Of a stretch of DNA of 64,000 bases, positions 13,633 through 25,895 are shown in pieces. The notes under the pieces were generated by a model that did not search any database, had not been told where the DNA came from, and saw only the letters and a program-made list of their open reading frames with translations. Each line of letters starts with the position of its first letter. Positions within the stretch are counted from its first letter, which is position 1. The DNA comes from Eledone cirrhosa (Eukaryota). The position numbers and the translations under genes are program-made. The stretch spans positions 286,998,001-287,062,000 of the forward strand of contig OZ024742.1 in NCBI GenBank assembly GCA_964016885.1, in the 5' to 3' direction.

Positions 13633-14638
13633 ACCCTCTTCCTGCAGTTTTAAGCGCTAGCCTAATATATTCCTTCCATATACTGTACCGATTGTGTTGT
13701 TATTTCTGTTTACCTTTTAAATACATATATATATAGTTATGTAGTGTCAAGAGTTTATTTAATATTGTATTTTCACAGTAAAGACTTTATCTCACATAAT
13801 TATCTCACATAATATCAAAGCTACAAGATTTTGATGTGATTTATTTTGAGAACAATACCTTAACATAGGTATGAGTGGCCAATTACAGTTGGTTTGAATA
13901 GAAAAAGGTGAGAGAATTCTGGGTGGATACGGCTGGTTTAAATGCTAAAGGGTTAAGGTATTTGGCTCATAGTAGTAAGATTATAGGTTGAATGTCTGAG
14001 CCAGGCTATGTGTTGTGTCCTTGAGCAAGATACATTATTTCACATTGCTCCTGTCCACCCTGCTGGCAAAAATGAGTTGTACCAGTAATTCAAGGGGCCA
14101 ACCTGGTCACACATTGCGCCATGCTGAATCTTCTTGAGAACTACGTTAGGGGTGCATGTGTCAGTGGAATGCTCAGCCAGTTACAAGAAGGCAGCTGCAT
14201 TGATTAAATCATGTAGGGCAGTCATCACTGGAAATGATGGGAGCTCAACAATCCAGAAGAAAAGATGATGCGCAGGACCTCCAGTTGTAAAATATCTCCT
14301 TAATGTATACTGTTCCTACATTTTATTTATCACCCCTCACCATTTCATCAAAATTAACTCATTTGCAAAGCTAACCTCAGCAGAATCTGAACTCAGAACA
14401 TAACTATACTGCAAAGCACATTGTCCGATACCCTAACAATACTGCCAATCCACTGCCTTCATTATAATGAAACTATTTTTCGTTTTAGATTCTCCATTAA
14501 TTAATTCAAACACAGTTTATTTCATTATAAATTCCATCAAACAAATGTTGTTCATACCAGTAATATACTAGTGTTCATTCTACAGACTATCTTTCTTCCT
14601 CCTCCCTCAAAAGAACAAAGAAAAGCTGATATACTTAC

Positions 14639-14783
14639 AGAACAGCTAATGGTAGATTATTAACCATACTGAAAAATAAAATAAAAAGACCTGGTCCAAG
14701 AAGCCCAACACTGGTCATAAGCCGTCTTACAGAAAGGACAGTCCATTTGTTTGCTACGAGAGAGTCAGCAAAATGACCTGCAA
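14639..14783 (-). CDS. SLC17/ACS-family transporter, coding exon 6 (not in ORF track); further 3' exons not found in window
   Basis: TTTCAG acceptor, GTAAGT donor, 145 nt (phase 1 to 2). (V)AGHFADSLVANKWTVLSVRRLMTSVGLLGPGLFILFFSMVNNLPLAV has the GxxADxL...VRR motif. Confidence 0.92.
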
Positions 14784-15774
14784 CTGAAAGAAAAACAGAG
14801 ATTTGAAACAAAAGTTATAATAAACTGTGAATTAAACAATCTTATTCTTATCCACAATAGAGAAATGGTCTCATATTTCTTTCCTGTGTCCTGAAATAGC
14901 TTCCATATTTACATTAAATAGCTGTTAACTTTGGTAAAATGTTGAATTTGGCAGTCACTTTTAATAACAAGTATGTTGACTTGTGTTGGTGATCTTCATG
15001 ATAAATGCACCCAATACATGCTGTAAAGTGGTTGGTGATAGGAAAGATATCCCGCCGTAGAAATTTTGCCACACAAAAAGCTGGGAGAACCCCTCAGTCC
15101 TGTGAAGAACATGATGGCCTCCCTAGTGTTGGTGACCTATACAATAAATGCATCCAACATACGCTGTAAAGTGGTTGGTGACAGGAAGGGCAACTTCTCC
15201 TGTGCACTGGATAGAATGTGAGACTGTACATAAGTGAGATGCAGATCTCTGGTCTGTCTGGAAGATCAATAACCTCCGCTTCAGTACTGACTTGATCTAT
15301 GTAGACCTATCCAACCCTTGTTAGCAGGGAAAGCAGACGTTAAAACAATGATCATGAAGATTAATCTACTGCAGAATATAGAATATGTAATTTCAAAATG
15401 ATTTTTATGGTACATCAGCATTTGAGTGATAGTAGGCCACTAACAGATTTTCTTTTAAGATTTGTACAGATTTCAATTTAAATCCTCTCCTTTTAGCATG
15501 TTTTTAGATAAGTAACACAAAAATTTACCTCTCAATTTAAATCCTCTCCTTTTAGTATGTTTTCAGATATGTAATGAAAAAATCCCAATCTTAGCATGTT
15601 TTTTAAACCTAAACATTACATTTGTGTTGTCATTTTTACAATTTAATATATGCCAAAACAATTATAATTATGAGTACATCACCCCTACGACTCCACCAAA
15701 TGTCGCAGGTTGATACATACAATACATCTTCTAGAAAAGTTCAAAAGTAAACAATCGTCAAGTTCTTTACTTAC

Positions 15775-15979
15775 CAACACCGAGCAAAGAGTTCATAATA
15801 TAAGGCACTGCAGTTAACATAATATGGTGTGCATCAGCACCAAGGTGTCGTGTCAAGTAGGTAGGTAACCATTGCATGATAATATAGTTTGACCAATTCA
15901 TACTGAAGTGGGCCAGATACATTGACCAGAGAGGCCAATGGCACAAGAATTCAGACCACCTCACATTCGTACTATTCAC
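15775..15979 (-). CDS. SLC17/ACS-family transporter, coding exon 5
   Basis: CTACAG acceptor, GTAAGT donor, 205 nt (phase 0 to 1). VNSTNVRWSEFLCHWPLWSMYLAHFSMNWSNYIIMQWLPTYLTRHLG...AVPYIMNSLLGV has the SLC17 'HFxxNW...WLPTY' signature. Confidence 0.93.
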
Positions 15980-16246
15980 CTGTAGTTGAAGAAAATATTT
16001 AAAAAATTAGGAGACACAGTTTCATATTCATTGGAAATTTAAAGATCATAATAAATAAAAACAGAGAATTGTTTTAGAGAGAGAGAGAGAGAGAGAGATT
16101 TTGAGTATATGTTGGTTGTATACCAACACCTCAGTATGCAGGCTGGAGCACTCGATGAAGTGCGCAGGTTGGTTTGGTGACTCCGGAGTAATGTAAAATA
16201 AAGTAAAACAAATAAGTCAAATGTTTAAAATTTAGCTTCGTTTATT

Positions 16247-16301
16247 ACTGCTATATGTATTTCGGTGACATCCATCTTTGGCTGTGACCTCTTCAGGCAG
16301 T
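16247..16301 (-). ncRNA. Type I minimal hammerhead ribozyme motif
   Basis: ACTGC-CTGAAGA-GGTCAC...GTCACC-GAAA-TA(CA)TA-TA-GCAGT: 5-bp stem I, intact core, AUA triplet, followed by AATAAA. Confidence 0.8.
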
Positions 16302-16709
16302 CCGAATTAGTGTGGTTTAGACAAGTACATATGTTGTTGAGGTGTATAATTTTGTCAATACTCTGATATGTCCAGTTCCTGGTTAGGTTGTTATTTCACT
16401 GAGGAACTGGGATCATATATCCAGGGGGATATATATATATATATATATATAGTTCAAGGAAACAAGAATCAGAGGTACAAAAAGTCTTATTAGTTCACGC
16501 TTTATATAGAAAAGGGGAAAGAAAGTTTGACGTGTCAGGCTTTAGCTCTTCTTCAAGAGTACAAAAATAGAGACAGGATCACAAAGGATAGATACAGAAA
16601 ACAAAGGAAGTCTAAGTAAAGTAAAACAAAAATCAAAATAAAGAGAGTTAACAAGACAAACAGTTAGGTAGTCTTGATAACAATTTTGGAATGCAAAAAG
16701 AAGTGTGTG

Positions 16710-16916
16710 AGTCCCGGGTTCAATCTGGGGTAACCACGGTTAGTAAGGTACTCAATACATTAGTAGAGTGTAAACATCAAGTTTTATATAAAAAGGCTTC
16801 TACAGAACTAGAACTGTTTGATTCAAATGGAATCATCGGGAAATCCCTTTCCCGATGATTTCTTTTGAATGAAACAGTTCTAGTACTGTAGAAGTCTTTT
16901 CTATATTAAACTTGAT
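16710..16916. mobile_element. Penelope pseudo-LTR family C fragment forming a fold-back (arms 16776-16843 and 16848-16916)
   Basis: Imperfect inverted repeat; sequence matches 32797-32935 and 35775-35860. Confidence 0.75.
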
Positions 16917-16949
16917 ACATGTGTGTATTTGTGTGGGTGTATGTATATG

Positions 16950-16989
<40 letters not shown>

Positions 16990-17505
16990 GTAGGGTTTAG
17001 GAAAGTAATTGTGTTTTTCCAGAAAGGATATAAAAACGAATATAAACTACATTCATCTGAATAATTTTTATCAAGAATGGAATCACCATTGTTTTCAATG
17101 ACTGCAACCCAACAGGAAGGCAACTTTTTGATGCCACATTCAAAGAAACCTATTTCTTTTCCTGAAAAAAAAGTCTGAAAGATTGTTTTCAGCTTTTTCT
17201 CTCGGTTTCTGAATATTTTGCCTCTTATAAAATGTTCAAGTGATCAGAACAGATGGAAATCTGTAGGTGCTAAGTCAAGTGAGTATGGAGGATGTGGAAG
17301 AATTTCCCATCCAAATGATCTTATTTTTTCTTGGGTTTGTTTTGCAGAGTGTGGTCATGGATTGTCATGTTGGAGAATAACACCTTTTCTGTTTACCAAA
17401 TCAGGCCACTTTTTCCATGTAATTTTTCATTTACACAATCAAGTTGTTAGCACTAGACATCTATATTGATGGTCCTTCCCTATTCCAGTAGCTCAAAATG
17501 GATGA
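16990..17505 (-). mobile_element. mariner transposase C-terminal relic
   Basis: Minus strand reads ..LPHPPYSLDLAPTDFHLF*SLEHF.., the mariner YSPDLAP motif with stops. Confidence 0.8.
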
Positions 17506-17959
17506 TAAAATATGTATATTATATATACATGTGTGTATGTATGTATGAATAATTATATACATGATGATGACACACATGTGTGTATATAATTATATATACA
17601 CATGTATATATAATTCATATTATATATATTTTATCTCAATATTATCTAAACTGTTGTCAGGTCAAAGATTAATATTTTTAGTCTCCATCCTTTCTTTAGA
17701 AATAACTTTAAATATAGTTGATTTTTTACCTTTCTTGTGTGTTTAGGATATTATCTGGTAGTTTTGTGGTATCTGTCGGCATGCCTGTCAGTTTATCTGT
17801 CTGTTGTTGTGTCTGTCAGTGTGTCTGTCAATGTGTCTGTCTATCTCTGTCACTTTCTTTCTAAAATACTATGTATTAATGTGGAAATGTCTGAGGATGT
17901 TATATATCCTGAAGGTCATTAAATATGTGTATATATGCACGTGTGTATACCCCTACTCC

Positions 17960-18285
17960 CACCCCAATCAACACCACCCCTTTCTCTGTAAAATTATGTT
18001 GGTACCACAACATCCAGTCCTAAATAAATGAGGTTGTGTAGGTGTCACAACAAAAAAAAAAAAACACACAGTCCATGCTGTAATGTGGCCGTGTAGGTAA
18101 CACGGTAAAAACCTCCCAGTCCACACTGTAAACGTGGTTGGTGTTAGGAAGGGCATCCAGCTGTAGAAAACCTGCCAGACAGTCCTATACAAGCGAGACA
18201 ACCAATCTTGCCTCAAGTGGGACAATTCCCATCTAAACCCATGCTAGCTTGGAAGATGGACGTTAAACAATGATGATGATGATGA
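17960..18285 (+). mobile_element. RTE family B 3' UTR fragment with (GAT)n tail
   Basis: Similar to 27430-27760. Confidence 0.8.
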
Positions 18286-18722
18286 TATATATATATCATT
18301 ATCGTCATCATCATCATCATCATTTAATGTCCATTTTTCCATGCTAGCATGGGTTAGACGAGTTGTCCTTTGAGACAAGCCAGATCAGATGACTAAGTCT
18401 TATATTACATATGCACTTTAACGGTGATGATGATGATGATGAAGCAAGAATTTAAACATTTTTAGTCAGAAAATACTTATAAATCAAATACATTGATTTT
18501 TCTCTCCCTAAAATCCTGAAAGATGAAGAGGCTGAATATTATATTTTAAATATGTTTTGTCTGTTCAGATAGTAAGAAACTCTCACGAAAGCTGAGCAAC
18601 ACTAGGTCTTCAGAGAAGAAACCCCCACCCCCTCCTCAAGTAAGTTTTCGGCCCTTAACTTCTAAGGGCTGAAGCACTTTCTTGAGGGGGTTTCAATGTA
18701 AGTGAGACATGTTGTTACTTAC

Positions 18723-18848
18723 TTTTGGAGGCTGAACAAATTCTTCTTGGCGAGTTTCTGTATAGAAGAGGTACCAACACAGGACCCATATGAAACCTAA
18801 GGATCCAAATGAGTAAAACATCCATGGCCAATGTAAGTGAGGACAAAC
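18723..18848 (-). CDS. SLC17/ACS-family transporter, coding exon 4
   Basis: TTCAAG acceptor, GTAAGT donor, 126 nt (phase 0 to 0). VCPHLHWPWMFYSFGSLGFIWVLCWYLFYTETRQEEFVQPPK matches the TM6 pattern WxxxFYxxGxxGxxW. Confidence 0.9.
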
Positions 18849-18899
18849 CTTGAATAGAAACACAAAAGAAATAGAAAAAAATGAACAAAGAAATATCTG

Positions 18900-19302
18900 T
18901 ATTTTCATGACAAAAAACACCCAGTCCATCCTGTAAAGTGGTCATGTTGGTGTCATGACAAAAAGCACCCAATCCACCCTGTAAAGTAGTCATTCTGGTG
19001 CCACAACAAAAAGCACCCAGTCCACCCTGTAAAGTGGTCGTTCTGGTGCCACAACAAAAAGGACCCAGTCCACCCTTTAAAGTGGTTGTTCTGGTGTCAC
19101 AATAAAAAGCCCCATTTTACAGTGGTCATGTTGGTAACACAAAAAAAAACCAGTCCACCTTGTAAAGAGGCCGTGTTGGTGACACGACAAAAAGCACCTG
19201 GTACACTCTGTAAAGTGGTCATTTTGGTATCATAGAAAACACCCAGTCCACACTATAAATTGGTCATTTTGGTGACATGATAAAAGAACCCAGTCCACCT
19301 TG
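18900..19302 (+). repeat. Degenerate ~48-bp tandem array (RTE 3' UTR unit)
   Basis: About 8 copies of aaaaagcacccagtccaccctgtaaagtggtc..ggtg; reverse-complement relative of the 43.8-45.4 kb satellite unit. Confidence 0.85.
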
Positions 19303-19549
19303 AATGAGCAACGTAAAATATAGTGTTATGCTGAAGGACATAACACATCACCCAGTTAAGGAATCAAATGCCGCAACCTCGCAATTGCAAATCCAATTCT
19401 CTAACCACTAAGCCACACATTACTATAAACTAGAGTAATGTGTCTCATCTCAGGTTTAATGTTTTAGTCATAATGTCATTAGATATGTTGATATAGTCAG
19501 ACTGATATATTGTATATACTTTCATTGTCTCTATTATGAATTACAGTGT

Positions 19550-19925
19550 GGTAGTGTTACTGCTGCTACTTCTTTGTCCACTTATTCCTGAGAAGGTCGT
19601 TGGGGCAGAGTCCTCAAACACTCCTTTCAGTGGGTTCTGTCAGAATCAACCATCTCCAACTGATCTGGCATGATCTTCGAGTGGGACCAGCCAAGCTCAT
19701 GGATGTTATCCAACCATCTTGCTCGGGGTCTACCCCCGGGTCTCCTGCCGGTTGGTTTTGCCCATAAAATCTGTCCAGTGTTTCTCTCCTGAGACATTCT
19801 AACAACATGTCCATAGTATCAGAGCTGTGATCTCTCAATTCGGAGAAGTGGTAGCTCTACCTGGAGTGACTCTCTGATCTTCAAGCTACGCACTCTATTG
19901 AGTAACGTTACTCCAAAGACCCTAC
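19550..19925 (-). mobile_element. Old RTE-like LINE 3' fragment (third family)
   Basis: Minus strand ..YYGHVVRM..KPTGRRPRGRPRTRWLDNI.. with stops. Confidence 0.7.
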
Positions 19926-19966
19926 TGCTAATTAAAAAAATAATTTAAATGATCAGTGAAACTTAC

Positions 19967-20079
19967 AAGAGCAGCAACTGTTTGACCAATAGAACCACAT
20001 GCTACAAGATAAGCAAAGGCCCGTGATCGTTCTTCTACTGGTATTGTATGAGCAAATATATGAAAAACTGTTGGTAAAC
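19967..20079 (-). CDS. SLC17/ACS-family transporter, coding exon 3 (not in ORF track)
   Basis: TTAACAG acceptor, GTAAGT donor, 113 nt (phase 1 to 0). (G)LPTVFHIFAHTIPVEERSRAFAYLVACGSIGQTVAAL has the PxxERxR motif. Confidence 0.92.
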
Positions 20080-20307
20080 CTGTTAATAAATGTAAAAATA
20101 AGTTAAAGTTTACAGTATTGAAAGATCAATGAAATATGTTAACAAAACTATTATAACAACTGTAAACAGTATCTACATTTATCTCAAGTAAATTCAATAA
20201 TTTAATTTAAAATAAGAAAATATCTTCCATATAAAATAGCTTTAGTTTTCTCTGACAACAGTTAACTTCCCATTACAGAGTCGAGTTGTTTTTTATGGCT
20301 AAAACTA

Positions 20308-20508
20308 ACCCCTGTTAAAACCAACAGCTCCCACAGAGACCACCCCCTCAGTTAAAACCAACTACTCCCACAGAAACCACCCCCTCAGTTAATATCAACT
20401 ACTCCTACCCCTGTTAAAACCAACTGCTCCCACAAAGACCATCCCCCTGTTAAAACCAACTGTTCTGACAAAAACCATCTCCCTCTTAAAACCAACTACT
20501 CCCACAAA
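20308..20508. repeat. ~39-bp minisatellite
   Basis: Five to six degenerate copies of cccc(tc)gttaaaaccaactactcccacagaaacca. Confidence 0.75.
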
Positions 20509-20799
20509 TGAAGTGGTCGGTATTAAACTATCTTCCTATCCTCTGTGATAATGTGGGGGCCAAGGACACCAGAGGTCTTGGCGGAGACCAGCACAAAGAG
20601 GAAGTGGTTGATCAGGGTCCCAGTATTTAACTATCTTCTACTGCGCATTGTGAGCAACAGAGCACAGGCTTGTGGCCAAAGTGACATGGTTGGAGGTGGC
20701 TGATATACCAAGTTGCACAACTAAAAAAAAATATGTGTAATAAATTCTGTAGTATAAAAAAAATATATATATATAAAAATAATAAAAACAATTTAAAAA

Positions 20800-21038
20800 A
20801 CAAATACCGGAGATTGTCCAGTCGCTTCCTCTTTGCACTGGTAGCCATTGAGACCTCAGGCGTACTTGGACCCCGTGCTACCAAACTCCTCCACAAGATC
20901 GGAACGTCAGCAGCCCATCTGAGGAAGGAGCCCCGCGAGGTGGGATGGCTGTTGCAGCAGGTATCACTGGCCATTGTCCACAGAATTGCTTTTGCAGTCT
21001 TGTCCACGGGGAATAGCCACAACACCGCCGCACCCTAG
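20800..21038 (+). mobile_element. CRE-like non-LTR retrotransposon C-terminal (restriction-like endonuclease) fragment
   Basis: FALVAIETSGVLGP...EPREVGWLLQQVSLAIVHRIA resembles the (A/V)ETxGxxG...LxQxxSxAxxRGNA end of CRE-clade ORFs. A related minus-strand piece lies at ~20540-20700. Confidence 0.6.
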
Positions 21039-21575
21039 GTCCAGAGCCCATCACCCTCCCATCCCTCTGTGGCCCTAGAGCCCTTGCTTTTCCCTTCCTC
21101 TTCCGTTTTTAAATATTTGTAGTGTTTTTCTAAATATTTTATATTCATTCTTATATACAATTGTAAACAAACAGGATATATATTTGCTACAATATATAAA
21201 ATATATAAGACCAACTGCAAGAAAGTCGAGAGGTGGGAATTTCAAATGTAAATTAAAATCATTTTAAATATTCTTTAGGAAAGTTAAAGTTAGGTATGGC
21301 TAAAATAGTTAAAATAGATAAAATATAAAGATTTATAATGTTTTGAATTAAATTGAAATGAAATGACCTTATGAAGTTTAGATACAAAATAGTATGGAAT
21401 GACACAGAACTTTATTATATTAGTGGGTTGATGTTTAACTGTCAGCAAAGGTCAACAACACACACTAGCTGGTTGGGAGAGAGAGAGAGAGAGAGAGAAG
21501 GGTACACAATTTCACACAATAGCTGGTTGAGAGAGGGAGAGAGAGAAAGACACAATTTCACACAATAACTAGCTG

Positions 21576-21627
<52 letters not shown>

Positions 21628-21773
21628 CATACACAACTTTGATCAAATCTCTGGGTCATATTCAATAGTGGTGGTAATGATGTTGTTATGGTTGTTGTTG
21701 TTTTCTTCTGCTTTGACCTATAAAATGGTGACAGCAGACAGAGAGAGAGAGAGAGAAAGAGAGCAAGAGAACA

Positions 21774-21805
<32 letters not shown>

Positions 21806-21950
21806 GGGGGGGGGGTTACTTTTAACTAAACAATTCGGATCAGTTTTAACCTGGAAGTCAGAACAAAGATCATTTATCAGTCTAAAGTAAGAGACCTAAT
21901 CAATTCATTGGGGATCAAAACACATACAACAGAATATTATTAATAATGTA

Positions 21951-22145
21951 AGGGCGGTGAATTGGCAGTATCGGTAGAGGGTCGGACACCATGCTTTGAC
22001 GCATAGAGTTACGGCCCTTGCCATTCTGAGTTCAAATCCCGCCGAGGTTAACTTTGCCTTTCATCCTTACGGCGTCGATAAAATAAAGTACCAGTAATGT
22101 ACTGGGTAATTGCTGGCCTTGTGCCAATAGTAGAAACAATTATTA
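21951..22145 (+). mobile_element. tRNA-derived SINE family 1, full copy
   Basis: A-box-like TGGCAGTATCGG, B-box GAGTTCAAATCC, conserved body gcctttcatccttacgg.gtcgataaaataaagtaccag, (TAA/TAT) tail; many copies in the window. Confidence 0.85.
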
Positions 22146-22463
22146 ATAATTGTTTCTACTTTTGGCCCAAGGCCAGCAATTTGAAGGGGGTGGGGGGTAA
22201 GTCAATTAAATCGACCCCAGTGCATCATTGGTGCTTTATTTTATTGACCCTGTAAGCAGTGGCGTAACTAACGGGGAGGGGGGGGGGCTGGTTTTCCTGT
22301 CGGTCTAGGTGGGCCCCCTAGGCTATAATTCTAAACACATAACTTATTACACATGTAATTACGAATCCTTAACTACAACAACGTAAAGAAAACGCTTAAT
22401 CTCTAATAAGACTAGAAGTTAAGACCAATCTCTTGTTTATTTAAAAAATATATTTCGGATAAA

Positions 22464-22701
22464 ATGGCAACTGCATCTAAAAAAAAGTGTAGACAATATT
22501 CCGTCGAATAAAAACGTTAAATTTTTTTTACTTGCTTTCCTCACATCTTATTTAGTTGAGTCAGGTTTCAGTCAGGTGATGCATCTGCTTTCAAAAAGTC
22601 AAAATCGCCTTGATATAGAGAGAAGAGGTGATTTACGACTCTCTCTAACGGCTTTCACACCAAACACTGACAAATTAGTAGCCTTGCATCAATCTCATTA
22701 A
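22464..22701 (+). mobile_element. Internally deleted Buster/Charlie-type hAT relic
   Basis: Starts MATASKKKCRQYSVE and ends LLSKSQNRLDIERRGDLRLSLTAFTPNTDKLVALHQSH*, resembling Buster transposase N- and C-termini. Confidence 0.6.
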
Positions 22702-23487
22702 AAACCGATTATTATATTCTTTGATTTGTAAATATAAATAAATGATTTGATATCTAAATTCTATATTATTCTATTTGTTTGAAATGTTGTAATACATGCT
22801 TATGTTATTCTCGATACTCAATGTTTTTAACCTAATATTTAATTAAAAGTATAATTATGCATGAGTATATGCACACAAATATATATATCTATATATTGTG
22901 TGTATATATAGAAAAAATATATATAATATTTTTATTTATGTTGTTACTTTTTATCATTAGTCACATTTTAGAACAATTTGGTATTTGCGACATTTCCTGG
23001 ACTTTTGCTCTATGTTTTGTTTTTCGTCGATTATTTGACGTGTTTTACATTCTTCGGTGTTGAATATCAAATCAAGCAAATTGCATTATTCCAAGTGTGT
23101 CAATATAGTGCTCATTGTGGGTATGGTGTGGTGTGTAGTGGCCGGAGGCTGGGCGTGCTTGACCGGAAGCGTGCTCGACCGGAAGGGCAAGCAGATGTGA
23201 CGTCAGTTTGAGAGGCCCCTTTCTCTTCTACGGTGGTCATCGGACTGAGACAGATGTGCGATTTGAGGCTGCGATCGGCGAGCTGGATTGTACACACGTG
23301 GAAGAGAGGAAAACCAGCCAACAACTTTGCCAAGACCAGAGAAATGCGGTAAGTGAAGTGGCTGTCTAATCACATCACAAGCTATTTTGGCACTTAAAGA
23401 CTTATAGAAAAAAAAAAAGAAAAAGGAAGAATTTTCTTTTTAAGACAAAGCCACTGGAAAACAGTGTCAATATAGTGCTCATTAACA

Positions 23488-25895
23488 ATGCTGCCTAAAA
23501 AAACTTACAAAACTGGAGCAACAAAGAGGAGAGAAGCTAGACAAGCTGCCATGGAAGAATCTGCAAAGAAATGTCATCTAATCACAAGTTTTCTGAAAAG
23601 TCAACAGTCTTCATCAACAAGTAGTGACGTATCCCAAAGCAACGTAACTACTGGAATTTCCGGCGAGTCGGTCTGGTCAGATGAACTGGAGAAACAGAAA
23701 AGCACTGGAGAGTCGCGAGAACCTGACGTCGAAGATGCCCCAGGTCCATCGACTATCTCAACAACCGTCGTAGTCACTGAAGATGTAGTTCCAACTGGGG
23801 ATCCGAACTCAATAGAGGGAAAAATGGCTGTATCGGAATCTGAAAATGAAAATGATTCAGAGGAAACTACATTGGCAAAACAAATCCTAGAGTATTAGCC
23901 AGTAGAATGCATGTTGAATTTACAAGAGAAGTATCCAAGCGACCCGAAACATTTCGAGGACAGACCATTGATGACACCTCTAATTCGCACCCTCATGGCC
24001 GTTGGTCCTTGTCAGCCAGGATTGAAAAATAATTTTGCTGATTTGCCTCTCGACTCGAACCACAGAAAATTCAACATCTGTTGGTACAAGAGAAAGTGTG
24101 CTGGAATCCATAAAGTTGACCGACACTGGTTAGTATACTCTCTTGAATCCAACAGACTATATTGCTTTTGTTGTTGGCTGTTTGCTGATAAAAATGCCGA
24201 ATCTTACTCGAAGACTTGGGGTAATCCAGAGTGTGGGATGGCAAACTTCAAAAAGGGAATCGAAAAAATTGCCAAGCATGAGAAAAGTGCCATTCACAAT
24301 GCACAAAAGCAATACTTCATTACAAAATATCGTTTGGACGCAGATAAAACAGTGATTGATAACCTCATCCATGAAGAGAAGAAGCGAATTGAACAAAATC
24401 GCCAGATATTGAGGCAATTGCTTGATTGTACGTTATTTCTCGCAAAACAAGGCCTGGCCTTCAGAGGTCACAGGGAATATGTTGGACTTGGCGCCAAATG
24501 AGAAAATGAAGGAAACTTTATTGAATTGTTGAAATTGATGGCCAAGTATGATACGATCTTGGAAAGTCATTTATTCTCGCCTGGGCGCACTAAAAGACAG
24601 CCTATGTACTTAAGTCCAAAATTACAAAACAAATTCATAGAATGCCTGGCAAACGAATGTACTCAACAAATAATCACGGAAGTGAAAGCGGCAAAATACT
24701 ATTCAGTCATCGTCGATTCCATAATAGACATTTCGCATCAGGATCAATGCTCTGTGTCACTGCGATATGTATCGAAAAGTGGCCACACACAGGAGCATTT
24801 CCTGTCGTTTTGTGAACTAGAATCAGCAGCCACTGAATCATTTTACGATACGCTTGTGAAAGTTCTTTTCCAGGATCTATACGTGGGTGCTCAATATATT
24901 AGAGGACAAACTTACGACGGAGCGTCGAATATGTCCGGCCATATTTCTGGGCTTCAGGCTAGAGTTAAAGAGGGATGCTCTTCGAAAGCTGTTTACGTCC
25001 ATTGTTGCGCTCATAACCTGAACCTGGTGTTAATCGATGCGAGCCAATCGTCAGTGGATGGTAAATTATTTTTTGGTATATTGGAGAGCCTGTATGTTTT
25101 CTTAACATCAAGCTTGCCAAGGCTGAAAATCCTCGAAGAAGAACAAGAAAAACTATTGACTTCAACGGTATTAACATTAAAAAGATTCTCAGATACGCGC
25201 TGGTTTAGTCACATTCAGGCTGTAGAGGCTTCCATTAACAGCTTACCGGCAGTAATAAGTGCACTAGAAAGGATAATAAGTGGGGATGTTCACAACACTG
25301 CTCCAAAAGTATTAGCCGAGGCCAGAGGTTTGCTACTAAATGTGAGCAAGTTTGAATTCATTTTCATGTTGAAGTTTTTTCAGAATTTACTTAAAAACTT
25401 GCATTCTGTTTCACAATATTTGCAGAATGAGGCTATCGACTTATATTCCGTGGACGTCATGATTAAAAATGTAGGAAAAGAAATTGAAGACATCCGCTCA
25501 AATGAATATTTTGACCGAACATTATCAGACGCAAAAAATCTCGCCAAGCAATGTCAAGTTGTACCAGAGTTTACAACAGAAAAACGGAAAAGAAAAAAGA
25601 AGCGTTTTCATGACGAAAATGCCAGTGACGAACCTCATGAGACGATAAGTCAGCATTTTAAACGGGACGTTTATTTCACTATCTTAGATAGAATAATTAG
25701 TAGCTTTAACGAACGTTTTGCCGAATTGCACGATCTAGTGAAGGATTTTTCGTGCTTGATACCGGCGCACTTCGACGACGACGACACATGCAATAGAGAT
25801 AGAATCGATAATCTTGTGAAATTCTACGAGGGTAACATCGAAAATGACACTATCTTCGAGCAGTATTTATCATTCAAAGATTTTTACAAGGAAGT
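23488..25895 (+). pseudogene. hAT transposase, N-terminal and catalytic part
   Basis: Three same-frame ORFs separated by stops at 23896-23898 and 24499-24501; cut by a LINE insertion after ...FYKE. Confidence 0.9.

Noticed and set aside
21951-22045. tRNA gene
   Set aside because: Has A/B-box-like motifs but no cloverleaf, and continues into a multi-copy SINE body.
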